Under the pieces are notes generated by a model that was not told where the DNA came from, made no database searches, and saw nothing but the letters and a program-made list of their open reading frames with translations. The translations under genes and the position numbers were made by a program. From positions 1 through 64,000 of the forward strand of contig CAVOUE010000005.1 of NCBI GenBank assembly GCA_963699545.1: 64,000 bases of DNA, written 5' to 3'. This DNA is from Nitrospirota bacterium (GTDB taxonomy: Bacteria; Nitrospirota; Thermodesulfovibrionia; Thermodesulfovibrionales; UBA9159). This document shows positions 20,657-30,464 of the stretch, in pieces (the first letter of the stretch is position 1; every line of letters begins with the position of its first letter).

Positions 20657-21385
20657 TTATTTCTTATCCCAGTCGTATGTTATTGCACCCTGTTTGCAGC
20701 CATCAACGCAGGTGCCGCAGAGAATGCACTCCGTATTTTCCATGTTCTTACGGTTAACCATCTCCTCCACGGGAAGGCTCATCGGGCAGTGTTCAGTGCA
20801 GGTGTGACAGTGCTCGCAGCTGTCAGGGTCCGGGTTTAATTGCAGGGAAGCCCAGCGAAAATAGTTTCTCATCTTTCTGCCAATAATCATAAATGGAGCC
20901 ATCCAGCATAAATGATGACAGAATGATCTGTTACCAATAATAAGGGCCGGCATGACGATAAGGAGCAGAAGGACAATGAGGTACGATATAAGACCCTGTA
21001 CGTTGCCGATGGAAAGGCCGTGTGTCGTCATATAGAAGAAGTCTATCTTGTTGTACCCTCCGGACCTGACCGCCAAGAGGACAATTGAGCTGATCCAGGG
21101 CACCCAAATGAACCATTTGATGTGATCGCCCTTTGTAACTTTCTTGTCCCTCGCAAGAAAGATCGCCTCCTGACAACCGGCACCCGGACAAACCCAGCCG
21201 CAATACCCTCTGCCAAAGAAAGGGGCGCTGAGAAACATAAGCGAAAACAGTACAAAACTACCGTTAATAATACCTTTTGAGCTTGCCTGAATAATGAGCA
21301 CGGGGGACAGGTAATAGAAAGTTGCAGGGAAGAGGAAAAAAGAGACGAGAATCATGCCTTTCCGTATTTTTTGGCGCGTCTTCAT
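20657..21385 (-). CDS. Membrane 4Fe-4S binding protein (NapH/MauN-like)
   Basis: GRGYCGWVCP, RSFCHHLCW, CEHCHTCTEHCP, CILCGTCVDGC. Confidence 0.85.
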   Translation of the reverse strand: MKTRQKIRKGMILVSFFLFPATFYYLSPVLIIQASSKGIINGSFVLFSLMFLSAPFFGRGYCGWVCPGAGCQEAIFLARDKKVTKGDHIKWFIWVPWISSIVLLAVRSGGYNKIDFFYMTTHGLSIGNVQGLISYLIVLLLLIVMPALIIGNRSFCHHLCWMAPFMIIGRKMRNYFRWASLQLNPDPDSCEHCHTCTEHCPMSLPVEEMVNRKNMENTECILCGTCVDGCKQGAITYDWDKK

Positions 21386-21449
21386 TTCGTTTCTGGTAAG
21401 TCTACCCCAAACGCACGGGCCGCAAGCTTAAGTGGAAAGCGTAACCAGC

Positions 21450-22415
21450 TTAGTCCCGGTCGGCTGGATGCTGTTGTGGGCTGCAGTTTGTCCATTCTTT
21501 AGCAAAGACCTTCTTGAATTTGCTACATGCTGTGATGAGCCAGGCAAATGCATTTGGCCAAGTTTCGGTGTTGTCAAAGCGAAAATCAGAAAATGCTCTT
21601 ATTCTGCTGGCTTTCTTGCCGGGCAGTTCTTGCCAATCTATAGCCTCTGACAAGGCAAGCTCTTTTTCGATTTCAGATTTGCACGAAAGAAATGCCTTAT
21701 ATAGTTCTTTGGAATCGTTTATGTAAATTTCGCAACCTACCTTATCATCTCGCGTATGTATGGTTAATGCCACATGACAATCTGATCGCCCAATGGACAC
21801 GTCATACCAGTGCTGTGGGCGAGGAGTCCTAAGTTTGAGGTCAGGTTGCTTTGTTGCAGCATATTCCTTAAGTTGTTGCCAGAATTCGAGTTGTTTGGTC
21901 TTAGTGTCGGTAAGATCTCCCTCTTGAGATCCCTTCCGGACCGATTTTGTCCATTCGTTTGGGCGTGATATTACGGTAAACTTCGGGGCTGGAGGAGAGC
22001 CTTCGATTTGCCATAGTTCAATTGCAACGAGGAAAAAATTAATTTCTTCGTCTGTGTGTTCATTGAGCCAGTCAACGGCCTGCCGATGTTCCTCTCGTAC
22101 CTCCCGGACAATCCAAACAACAAACTCTGCTTCCAAGCCAGCGGCATAAGTTATGAGCTGCCCGAGGTGCGAGTGATCCGTGGTCTCAAGTTGGTTCTCT
22201 ATAATGATTTTCCGTCCTGTATTTTCTTCTTCCGCTAAAATGTCTACGTTGAACCTACCAACGCTTGCCTCCGTTTGCAATACCTGAAGACCTATTCCGA
22301 CTTCGTCACTGAGTAATTCAATATTTTCTGGTTCGGCAAGCCAGCGTGTAAAGTCTAGTGCCTCATGTTTCCAGTACTCGCGTAAATCAACGCGTTTGAG
22401 TTTGCCCAATTTCAT
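21450..22415 (-). CDS. DUF4268-domain protein with N-terminal nuclease-like domain (cassette-borne)
   Basis: LREYWKHEALDFTRWL, VDIL..IIIENQL..TDHSHLGQLITYAAG; C-terminal DUF4268-like region; AT-rich. Confidence 0.8.
   Translation of the reverse strand: MKLGKLKRVDLREYWKHEALDFTRWLAEPENIELLSDEVGIGLQVLQTEASVGRFNVDILAEEENTGRKIIIENQLETTDHSHLGQLITYAAGLEAEFVVWIVREVREEHRQAVDWLNEHTDEEINFFLVAIELWQIEGSPPAPKFTVISRPNEWTKSVRKGSQEGDLTDTKTKQLEFWQQLKEYAATKQPDLKLRTPRPQHWYDVSIGRSDCHVALTIHTRDDKVGCEIYINDSKELYKAFLSCKSEIEKELALSEAIDWQELPGKKASRIRAFSDFRFDNTETWPNAFAWLITACSKFKKVFAKEWTNCSPQQHPADRD
21458..21479 (-). mobile_element. Left half (R''/L'') of a degenerate attC
   Basis: Minus strand CCACAAC-AGCATC-CAGCCGACC at the DUF4268 gene end; CAAC complements the GTTG at that cassette's 5' end; right arm not recognisable. 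Confidence 0.5.
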
Positions 22416-22437
22416 ATTTTGTCTTCCTTTATATTAC

Positions 22438-22504
22438 AGCCAACGACTCAAGTAAGGTGCGAGCCCGTTAGTGCGAAGCGTGTTAGTTGAACTGATTGTT
22501 AGCC
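22438..22504 (-). mobile_element. Integron attC site (67 bp)
   Basis: Minus strand GGCTAAC-AATCAG-TTCAAC...CCTTACTTGA-GTC-GTTGGCT; R'' overlaps the upstream gene's TAA stop. Confidence 0.8.
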
Positions 22505-23158
22505 CTTTCTGAACCATTGTTTTGTAAAAACGGTGTATGTTTTCATTGGTTCTTCAAAACAAGGCTTGGTTACTCTTTCAAGCTCTTGTTGAGTAGCTGC
22601 CAATTGATTTCGTATTTCATCGTTTTCGTTATAGCGATCCCAGAAAATACCTTCGTGACGATGCATTTCATCTAGGTGCTTTTGAAACTCATCAGCTTCC
22701 ATTTGAACGCGGCCTTGGCGCTGCCAATAATGAGTAGCGAGCATATTGGCTGAAGCGAAAATGGAATTAAGCGTTTGGTTAGTGTCCTTAAAAATACTTT
22801 CTGCTTCGGTTCCAAACACTGCCATGAATTTGTATTTCAAGGTATCGAAGCGAACAAATATATCTTTCTTAGATTCATAGCGTTCAAATACGATGTGCCC
22901 TCTGTCAAGCAGCTGGGATTCGGCTTCTGTTTCGTGGGCAACCCGATTCCGTGTACTTCCTTCATTTCCACTAGACCAAGGGTTTCTTATAAAAGCAATT
23001 GCATCTTTTATCTCAAAAAACGCCGCTAATGCTTCTTCCGCAAGCTCAATTTTACGCTTGCCGATGAATTCACGTTTCCATGCACCAACTCCTGAAATAA
23101 TTGCCCAGCATGCAGATACGACAGCTATGGCTTGAGCTATTGTGGCTAATTCAGTCAT
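22499..23158 (-). CDS. Hypothetical protein, integron gene cassette
   Basis: 219-aa AT-rich ORF bounded by GTTAGGC (23182-23176) and an attC; N-terminal hydrophobic segment. Confidence 0.8.
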   Translation of the reverse strand: MTELATIAQAIAVVSACWAIISGVGAWKREFIGKRKIELAEEALAAFFEIKDAIAFIRNPWSSGNEGSTRNRVAHETEAESQLLDRGHIVFERYESKKDIFVRFDTLKYKFMAVFGTEAESIFKDTNQTLNSIFASANMLATHYWQRQGRVQMEADEFQKHLDEMHRHEGIFWDRYNENDEIRNQLAATQQELERVTKPCFEEPMKTYTVFTKQWFRKG

Positions 23159-23175
23159 GCATATTCCTTATAAAG

Positions 23176-23246
23176 GCCTAACATTCTTTTTTATCCCTAT
23201 ACCACATTCTGTGCAGATTATAGAAGTCGGGAGGTGGGAAGTCAAT
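23176..23246 (-). promoter_or_regulatory. Promoter plus attI-like module, copy 1
   Basis: TTGACT-N17-TATAAT, then ...AAAAAAGAATG/TTAGGC core site at the start of a cassette. Confidence 0.7.
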
Positions 23247-23348
23247 AAAAATGGCGCAAAGAGGCCCGGAAACAGGGGGGCCGTTATTTTCGCAATGAGT
23301 TCGCACAGGCAACCACCATGAGTGGAAAACGAAAAGGCGTTATTCCCT

Positions 23349-23372
23349 GTCCGGGTGAAGGCGTTGTTATGG
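23349..23372 (-). mobile_element. Left half of an attC downstream of hicA
   Basis: Minus strand CCATAAC-AACGCC-TTCACCCGGAC overlapping the stop codon; right arm missing. Confidence 0.55.
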
Positions 23373-23564
23373 CTCTGACGTTATTTGTTTTATGCCGAGG
23401 TCTTTACAGATTTTTCGTGCCAGGTGATCGTCGATTTCAGTGTGTCGTGGAACAGACGATCGTTTGTTCTGGCTGGAGTTCCCCCACCAAGAATGGCGGC
23501 TGCCTTCTCTGATAAATACGCATCCTTGTGATCGAAGATATTTCAGCAGTTTGCTGCGCTTCAT
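23367..23564 (-). CDS. hicA: HicA-family mRNA interferase toxin
   Basis: LLKYLRSQGCVFIREGSRH...VPRHTEI...ICKDLG. Confidence 0.9.
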   Translation of the reverse strand: MKRSKLLKYLRSQGCVFIREGSRHSWWGNSSQNKRSSVPRHTEIDDHLARKICKDLGIKQITSEP

Positions 23565-23773
23565 ACTGCGATTGTTTCTTCTCTGTATCCTGATCCCCCG
23601 GCAGCGATAGCGTCCTGACGGTTAAATTCAAGTGCCTCTTTCAGAGTAAGCCGAAGGCTCTCAAGCAGTTCATCATGTGTCTGTTCCTGACAGTTCACGC
23701 CCGGAATTTCCTCTATCCATCCAATCCACCAATCACCTGATTGCTTTATTACTGCCGTATATTCTGCATTCAT
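23561..23773 (-). CDS. hicB: HicB-family antitoxin
   Basis: YTAVIKQSGDWWIGWIEEIPGVNCQEQTHDELLESL. Confidence 0.9.
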   Translation of the reverse strand: MNAEYTAVIKQSGDWWIGWIEEIPGVNCQEQTHDELLESLRLTLKEALEFNRQDAIAAGGSGYREETIAV

Positions 23774-23796
23774 AATTTACCTCCTCGTTCAACACA

Positions 23797-23906
23797 TTAT
23801 AACGTAACGACAGGCACTTTTGGCATTACTTGCTATCATTTCATTCTTTTTTGTGTCCATTCCACACTCTGTGCAGATTATAGAAGGCGGGGGGTGGAAA
23901 GTCAAT
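23797..23906 (-). promoter_or_regulatory. Promoter plus attI-like module, copy 2
   Basis: 23842-23906 matches 23182-23246 at 56/65 nt; TTGACT-N17-TATAAT; GTTATAA core-like site at 23803-23797 before hicB. Confidence 0.65.
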
Positions 23907-24001
23907 TTAAAAAGGGCAATAGGCACGAGGCAACAGGCGATAACAACGGCATAGGAAGGGGCACATAAGAGGCCAAAACCGGAGCCCGAAAGGGCAGGGC
24001 G

Positions 24002-25555
24002 TTAGCGTATCTTTCTGTTGTATCCGAACCTCTCCTCGAAGACCGGGGCGATGAGGTTGTCGACCGGGGCGTAATCGTCCTCCAGGAGCACAGAGTATGA
24101 CCTCTTCATGAACTTCTCCACAAGCTCTTCCGGTACTATGGCTGAAACTGCGGGACTTCCCAATCTGTTCTTCAAAAAAGACTGAAAGGCCCTGATATCG
24201 ATCTCATCCCTTCCTGCCATCACGATGAAGGTGGCGGAGCCGATCTTTTCAAAATACGGGCTAATCGAGATGAGGTGGACATTCTTTTCACCGAAAACCT
24301 CCTTCAAGGTCCTGAGGGTGGAGGGTAGGAACGCGCCTTTCTGGAAATTGTCGATGATATTGGTAAGGAGTATGCCGTTGGGGTTCATGATGTCCTTCAA
24401 CAAGTGCGCAAACTCTTTGGTGGTGAGATGATAAGGTATCGAAAGGTCATTGTATGCATCGATGAAGAGCACATCATACTTTTCCTTGCAGTTCATCACG
24501 AACCATCTGCCGTCTTCGTTGTATGTGCGTATCCTCGTGTTCCGCGTCAATCCGAGGTGTTGATGAACGATCCTCGTTATCTCAGGGTCTATCTCTACCA
24601 CATCGATCTGTCCGTGCGGATAGGAAACCTCCATATACCTTGGAAAGGTATAGCCGCCGCCCCCGATGGTCAGACTCTTAAAAGCGGCGTCCTTCCCAAA
24701 CCTCCATTTAAGCACCTCCGAGTAGATCTTTTCATATTTGTATTCGATATGGGAGGGGTCCTCAGGGTTCACATAGGAATGAGTGAGGTTGTCCAGGACC
24801 AGCGCCTTGAGCGGCGTCCTGCCGTCCGAGGCTGTGGCCTGTTTCACCTTGATGGTAAAATAATCGCTTTCTTTGTAATAGTCGGTGTAAGGGCCGAGGC
24901 GGGGTTGAAAGGCAAAACCGTAGACCCCCCAGAGAAGGACGGCGGGGGGAAGGAGGAAGCCCGCAGCGGCCTTTCTCGTCCTGAAGAGGCAGCCCCAGAA
25001 GAGGGCGGTGAGGACCAATATCCCGCCCATCACCAGTATGATGTGTCTTGTGCCCATCCACGAGATAAGGAAGAATCCTGCTGCAAAGGTACCGATGATC
25101 GAACCCAGGGTGGAGAAGGCATATATCTTGCCGACGACATTTCCGGCCGTCTCCACATTCCGGAGAGCCAGCTTGACCACAACGGGTGAGATCATCCCGA
25201 GGATGCAGCTCGGGATAAAGAAGGTGAGGGTGGTCACGATAAGAATACGCAGCATGAGGGAAGTGGGGAAGTGGTAGCCAGCCACAAGACCTGTCAGGGG
25301 CGCAATAGAAAGGGTGGCTACCCCGGACAGAAGCAATAGCCAACCCAGGGTCTTCCTCCTGGGGAAGCGGTCTGCCAGCTTTCCTCCCATGTATGCCCCG
25401 AAACTTATCCCCGCAAGGACAACGCCGATGATGCTTGTCCAGGTATAAAGGGACACCCCCACAAAGGGGGCGAGGATCCTGCCGGCAACGATCTCTATCA
25501 CCAAGATGCAGAAACTGGCAATGAAAGTGATGATATACGCTGTGATAATATTCAT
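24002..25555 (-). CDS. Fused membrane domain/spermidine synthase-like methyltransferase
   Basis: EIVAGRILAPFVGVSLYTWTSIIG, YAFSTLGSIIG, LTIGGGGY, VEIDP, DGRWF, YDVLFIDAY, PYHLTTKEF. Confidence 0.88.
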   Translation of the reverse strand: MNIITAYIITFIASFCILVIEIVAGRILAPFVGVSLYTWTSIIGVVLAGISFGAYMGGKLADRFPRRKTLGWLLLLSGVATLSIAPLTGLVAGYHFPTSLMLRILIVTTLTFFIPSCILGMISPVVVKLALRNVETAGNVVGKIYAFSTLGSIIGTFAAGFFLISWMGTRHIILVMGGILVLTALFWGCLFRTRKAAAGFLLPPAVLLWGVYGFAFQPRLGPYTDYYKESDYFTIKVKQATASDGRTPLKALVLDNLTHSYVNPEDPSHIEYKYEKIYSEVLKWRFGKDAAFKSLTIGGGGYTFPRYMEVSYPHGQIDVVEIDPEITRIVHQHLGLTRNTRIRTYNEDGRWFVMNCKEKYDVLFIDAYNDLSIPYHLTTKEFAHLLKDIMNPNGILLTNIIDNFQKGAFLPSTLRTLKEVFGEKNVHLISISPYFEKIGSATFIVMAGRDEIDIRAFQSFLKNRLGSPAVSAIVPEELVEKFMKRSYSVLLEDDYAPVDNLIAPVFEERFGYNRKIR

Positions 25556-25620
25556 AACCCTTCCTTTCTCCCTGCTGCATATCGCATGCTGATCATTCCG
25601 GCACGCATTTCCGGCGAGAG

Positions 25621-26512
25621 TCAATGTTCGACAATCACCGACACCCATTTCCCGTCGTAGTGTTTTTCCACGACCTTGAGCCCGACGTTCTGCATCGCCA
25701 CTATCACATCATTCTCCTGACCCACGAGCATACCGGAGAGTAGCGCGATGCCGGGCTTCTGGAGAACGGGAAGCGATCTCCGGCGCGACCCCGATCAATA
25801 TTTCGGACATGAGATTTGCTGCGATCATATCGAAGTTGCCCTGAACCGCTGATATGCTTCCTTCCTTTATCTCGATATTGGCGAGAGTGTTCAGTTCCGC
25901 ATTTCTTTTTGCGGCGTCCACTGCAAGGGGGTCGATATCTACACCGACGACATGGTTGAAGCCGAGCCTCGAGGCAGCGATAGCGAGGATACCTGTGCCG
26001 GTGCCCACATCAAGAAAACTCCCCAATCCCAGCAATCCTCCCATTGCCTTAAGGGGAGGCGAAGGAGGGGTTACGCGGGCGGCAGCTGCATACTTTTCCA
26101 TGAGCATGAGACATGTTTTCGTGGTCTCATGGTGGCCTGTGCCGAAGGCCATCCCGGGGTCGATAATGAGGGCGATCCGGTCGCTGTTTGCGGTCTCCCA
26201 TGGCGGAATGATCGAGAAACGCTCACCCACATCGATGGGGATGAACCGTTGCTTCCAGGACTCGTTCCAGTCCCTTTCGGCGAGGTAGAAATAGTCGAAG
26301 GTGAGATCATGCTCGAGGCCGGATTCCTGCAGGACCTTCCTGAAGGAATTCAATTGATCTCTCAGCGTTATGATGTCGCTGCTGTCCTTGAAATACGCAA
26401 TGACTTTACTGCCGCGATCGGTAACGCCCAGGCAGCCCATATCAGACATCCTGTTCAGGAGGGCGTCCTTTGACGCGTCCGACACTGTTATCGTAAATTC
26501 ATAATATCTCAA
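25621..26512 (-). CDS. prmA: Ribosomal protein L11 methyltransferase, +1 frameshift near 25766
   Basis: IDPGMAFGTGHHETT, FLDVGTGTGILAI; removing one T restores the C-terminus LQKPGIALLSGML...GKWVSVIVEH. Confidence 0.9.
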
Positions 26513-26532
26513 CCCCGTCGACCTTCCCTTTG

Positions 26533-27561
26533 TCAGCCCTGAAAGATCTTTTCCATTTCACTCCGCTCTTCAGGGGTGGTCATAAATATCAGGGTCTCGC
26601 CAAGTTTCACCGTATGGCTGCTGGGAGGATTGTACACCCACCCCTCCTCGGTCCTGACGGCAAGGAGCAGGATGTGAGGATATTTCCCGAGGCCCAGTTC
26701 TGAGATCGCCTTTCCGGCAAAGGCAGCGGGGACCGTGATCTCCTCGATCCTCAGGTTCGTGTCCTTGTCCCTGAGCATGGTGTCGAGGAATGACACCACC
26801 TTTGACCTCACCATCTCCGAGGCCATTCTGAGACCGCCTATGGAAGTCGGGGAGACAACAGCATCTGCCCCGGCCTTTTTCATTTTATCGGTGTTCTTCA
26901 GGTCCTTGCAACTGGCAACCACTCTCACATGGGGGTTAAGCTGCTTGGCCGTAAGGCTGATGACCAGATTCTGGTTATCGTCTCCTGTTACGGCGAAGAG
27001 CCCCTTTGCTTCAGTGATCCCCGCCGCCAGGAGCGTGTCGCTGTCAGTGGCGTCCCCTTCCACGAAGATCCCGTCAGGGAAGGTTGCAAGGACGTTCTCT
27101 ATGGACTCCTTGCAGATGTCCACCATCACATGGGATCTCTTCGTCCCTGCGAGCTCGCCCAGGATATAGAAACCGACGCTGTCAACTCCGCAGACAATAT
27201 AATGTTCCCTGAGTTTCCCGATCATCTTATCCATCTTTCTCCTCCGAAATGCCTTACTCAATTCCCCCTCCACCATAAAAGCGGTGAGGTTTGAGAGAAC
27301 GTACGTTATGATGCTGATGCCTGAGATGGCGACGAGTACCGTAAATATCCTTCCCGCCGGATTGCCCGACATATCGATGATCTCTCCAAAGCCGATGGTA
27401 GTGATGGTAATGAAGGTCATATAGAAGCAATCCACCAGGGAACAACGGCTCCCCCCGACGAACCAGAACCCCACCGTCCCTGCTAACAGCACGACAGCCA
27501 GGTATATTCCCGTGCGGACAAACTTGCTATAGATCTGCGAATATATATTCTTCCCGGTCAT
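26533..27561 (-). CDS. Potassium channel protein with TrkA-N/TrkA-C domains
   Basis: TITTIGFGE pore signature, HYIVCG, GDATD, RCK domains. Confidence 0.9.
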   Translation of the reverse strand: MTGKNIYSQIYSKFVRTGIYLAVVLLAGTVGFWFVGGSRCSLVDCFYMTFITITTIGFGEIIDMSGNPAGRIFTVLVAISGISIITYVLSNLTAFMVEGELSKAFRRRKMDKMIGKLREHYIVCGVDSVGFYILGELAGTKRSHVMVDICKESIENVLATFPDGIFVEGDATDSDTLLAAGITEAKGLFAVTGDDNQNLVISLTAKQLNPHVRVVASCKDLKNTDKMKKAGADAVVSPTSIGGLRMASEMVRSKVVSFLDTMLRDKDTNLRIEEITVPAAFAGKAISELGLGKYPHILLLAVRTEEGWVYNPPSSHTVKLGETLIFMTTPEERSEMEKIFQG

Positions 27562-27608
27562 GGCAGTAATATACCGTTTTGTAACGGAGAACTTCAACAT
27601 GGTTTGTT

Positions 27609-27860
27609 ATGAAAAAGAGGATACCCCTCGTCAATCCCTGGATCTATGATTTTGCGGTCTATAACCTCCGGGCGAAACCTTTCGGACTGCTGAAGATCGC
27701 GGAATATCTCAGCCCCTTTGATGCGGGACTTTCCGTCATCGACTGTGTGAATGCAGCCGGGAGAAAAACGTATTGCACCGGAAAGTTCAGGCCGAGACGA
27801 TCAGGAAGCCGGAATTGCTGGCAAGGATTCCCCGGCGCTTTCAACGCCACCCTTTACCAC
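27609..27860 (+). pseudogene. N-terminal fragment of a B12-binding radical SAM protein
   Basis: LVNPWIYDFAVYNL..KPFGLLKIA, then frameshifted ETIRKPELLARIPRRFQR; truncated. Confidence 0.55.
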
Positions 27861-27899
27861 AACTCACAACCGGATATTTCACGTGGTATTTTTTACGTA

Positions 27900-28193
27900 T
27901 CAGACAGTACGTCCTTTTGAAATTAGCACGTCAAAGTATTCCACGGGCATCGCCGGGAAGGTCGAAAAATGAATGCCCGTGAGCATATGTAAATCTACAG
28001 AAGTTCTTACCGCTGCATCAAGATCAGGCAGATCTACAATAAGAATTAAATCGTAGTCTCCGAAAATGGCGTACATTCCCCTTACTTTCCCGCCTAACGC
28101 GGCGATAATACTTTTTGCCTTTTCGGTACGTTCAGGATGGATCTCTTTGACCGACTCTAAAGAGTATTTTCCAAGCATAAAAAAAGTTGCCAT
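27900..28193 (-). CDS. GYD domain protein
   Basis: MATFFMLGKYS...YAIFGDYDLILIVDLPD. Confidence 0.85.
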   Translation of the reverse strand: MATFFMLGKYSLESVKEIHPERTEKAKSIIAALGGKVRGMYAIFGDYDLILIVDLPDLDAAVRTSVDLHMLTGIHFSTFPAMPVEYFDVLISKGRTV

Positions 28194-28370
28194 GGCGACC
28201 TCCTTTTCAGTCTCTTCTTGCTCATAGTATACCACGGATCTCCTCAAGGCAAGAGGGCTGCTTTTCCGTATTGGTATTCTCCGGATTGTTACATCCTTAA
28301 AATCTGATTGGTGAGGGTCTGAGCGTTATTTTACAGCTTTGAACGCAATGGATGCTAAAATAGTCCTGTT

Positions 28371-29081
28371 ATGTTGATGGACTTTGTCCCTTTCCCATTC
28401 TATCTCCTCGGTCTCTGGAGACGGTTCTTCTTATTCGTGGGCCTTGTCATCCAGAGCGTATACGTAATTTCCCGTGGCCTTGAGCTGGGAAGGCTTCCCC
28501 TTGTGGGCCCCCATGATACCCTGATCTTTCTGTCAGCGTCTCTTGTTGCTTTCTCCATGCCCTTCAGCAGAGCCATGAAGAACAATCCCGGGTTCTTCCG
28601 CGGGATCGCATTGGCAGCGGCGGTTTTCACTCTTTCAGGGCTCATGGCAAAGCCTCATAATACACCGTTGCCCCCTGTATTGAAGACCCTGTGGTTCGAG
28701 CTGCACGTCGTCCTTGCATTCCTCTCATATGCACTCTTCGGCATCGGGGCGATCATAGGAGCCCTGCAGGGAAGGGAAGGAGACAAGTATCTTGAGGGTA
28801 TGCAGTACCGGGCGATACTCACCGGATATTGCTTTTTCTCCCTTTCCATGATATTCGGGGGTGTCTGGGCATATCTGGCATGGGGCACCTACTGGTTATG
28901 GACGCCGAAGGAGATATGGACCGCCCTTGTGTGGTTATTCTACAGTCTCTATCTCCATGCGAGACTGCTGCCCGCATGGACAGGCAGGTTCTCTGCCGTC
29001 CTTGGTATTGCCGGTTTTGTCGTGGTGATCTTCACGTATCTCGGGGTGAGCCTCCTCATGAAGAGCTCTCATACGTTCTAG
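28371..29081 (+). CDS. ccsA: Cytochrome c biogenesis protein CcsA/ResC (system II)
   Basis: GGVWAYLAWGTYWLWTPKEIW WWD motif; conserved His residues. Confidence 0.9.
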   Translation: MLMDFVPFPFYLLGLWRRFFLFVGLVIQSVYVISRGLELGRLPLVGPHDTLIFLSASLVAFSMPFSRAMKNNPGFFRGIALAAAVFTLSGLMAKPHNTPLPPVLKTLWFELHVVLAFLSYALFGIGAIIGALQGREGDKYLEGMQYRAILTGYCFFSLSMIFGGVWAYLAWGTYWLWTPKEIWTALVWLFYSLYLHARLLPAWTGRFSAVLGIAGFVVVIFTYLGVSLLMKSSHTF

Positions 29082-29084
29082 CAT

Positions 29085-29813
29085 ATGAAGGCAGAAGGAG
29101 TGATAAGATTCTTCCTGTCCATAAGAACGACCGTCTGGCTGCTTTCCCTGCTCCTGGCGGCCTTTCTTGCCGGCGCATGCATCATGCCGTCGGAGAAGGC
29201 GTTCCAGTCCATTCATGCCGTGCCCCTTCTCCAATGGATGAAAGAGCAACCGCTGCATGCCACGTGGTGGGTGTGGGCCTCGGCAGCGCTGACCTTCGTT
29301 CTCGCGGCAAATACCATCTTTTGCAGTGTGGACTCGGTGCTAAAAAAGAGAAAGGTCACGCAGTGGCTGTTGTTGATATCACCCCAGGTGATCCATATGG
29401 GATTCATTTTTATGCTCCTTGCGCATCTCCTGAGCGCCCGGGGAGGTTTTAAGACCTTTGAGATCGGCGCGGAAGGAACCGTTCTCGGGCTGTCGGATAC
29501 CGAAGAGCTGAGCATCAAGACCATAGTAATTTCTGTCGACCGTTTCGGGTACCTGACCGACTGGGCCGTGGATGTGGGATACCTGAGCAATGGCAGGACA
29601 GTTCGGGAAGAGAGACTTTTGCCGAACAGGCCCCTCTTTCAGGGAGGGATCGGCGTCTACGTGAGAGACCTCCGGGCCTTTCCGGAAAAATTGGTCCTCC
29701 TGGAACTGAGCAGGGAACCGGGCGCCCTGTGGGCGTTCATCGGAGGTATTTTATTCATGGCGGGAACGGTCACGCTTCTCGTCCTCAAGATGAAACGGGA
29801 GTCAAGGGAATGA
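29085..29813 (+). CDS. Short ResB/Ccs1-like cytochrome c biogenesis protein
   Basis: FFLSIRTTV, NTIFCS, IHMGF, C-terminal REPG plus TM; adjacent to ccsA. Confidence 0.7.
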   Translation: MKAEGVIRFFLSIRTTVWLLSLLLAAFLAGACIMPSEKAFQSIHAVPLLQWMKEQPLHATWWVWASAALTFVLAANTIFCSVDSVLKKRKVTQWLLLISPQVIHMGFIFMLLAHLLSARGGFKTFEIGAEGTVLGLSDTEELSIKTIVISVDRFGYLTDWAVDVGYLSNGRTVREERLLPNRPLFQGGIGVYVRDLRAFPEKLVLLELSREPGALWAFIGGILFMAGTVTLLVLKMKRESRE

Positions 29814-29825
29814 TGAGGCGAGCAG

Positions 29826-30071
29826 TCATTCCGGAAGGTCCGGGCTCTCTTCTCCGTTGGCGAAGATAACCCTCTCGGCTGACTCCTTATCCTCTTTTCT
29901 GACAAGTATCTTTATCTCCCCCATTTTCCCTATGTTCACGGGATAGGGACTCACTTTTGACGACCTGAGCACCACAGGTATCTCCCCGCTCTCCAGCAGA
30001 TCCTTTATCATCTCCGCTTCGAGGGCATCATATGTCACGAGTATCTCTACCCAGCCTTCATCGTTCGGCAT
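29826..30071 (-). CDS. DUF2007-like putative signal-transducing protein
   Basis: EAEMIKDLLESGEIP...GEIKILVRKEDKESAE. Confidence 0.8.
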   Translation of the reverse strand: MPNDEGWVEILVTYDALEAEMIKDLLESGEIPVVLRSSKVSPYPVNIGKMGEIKILVRKEDKESAERVIFANGEESPDLPE

Positions 30072-30464
30072 ACGGAACTGTTTCCTTGTCTCATTGTAAT
30101 CGAGCACGGCATTTATTGCCAGAAAAACATCTTTCCTGGGTATTCCGGCGATTGAGGACACCTATTCCCGACTATTGCGGACAGCTCTGGATCACCTCTC
30201 TTGCCATGTCTAGTAAGATCGCGTCACTTCAGGGATGTTCTTTATGTGGTGTTCACCGACGAGTCGACACTTTTGAACTGTTGAAACAAACGTGGATTAC
30301 CGAAAATAACTGACACGCAAGAGGATCCTTCCTATTTCTCGATGTCTTCTTCCTTCCGACATGTTGCAAGCAGTCGGAGACACGTTTATCCCTGCAGAAA
30401 ATGTTGAGACTAGGATGGACCGACAAGACAAGAGAATTCCTGAAAGGGAGAACATTAACTGTAT

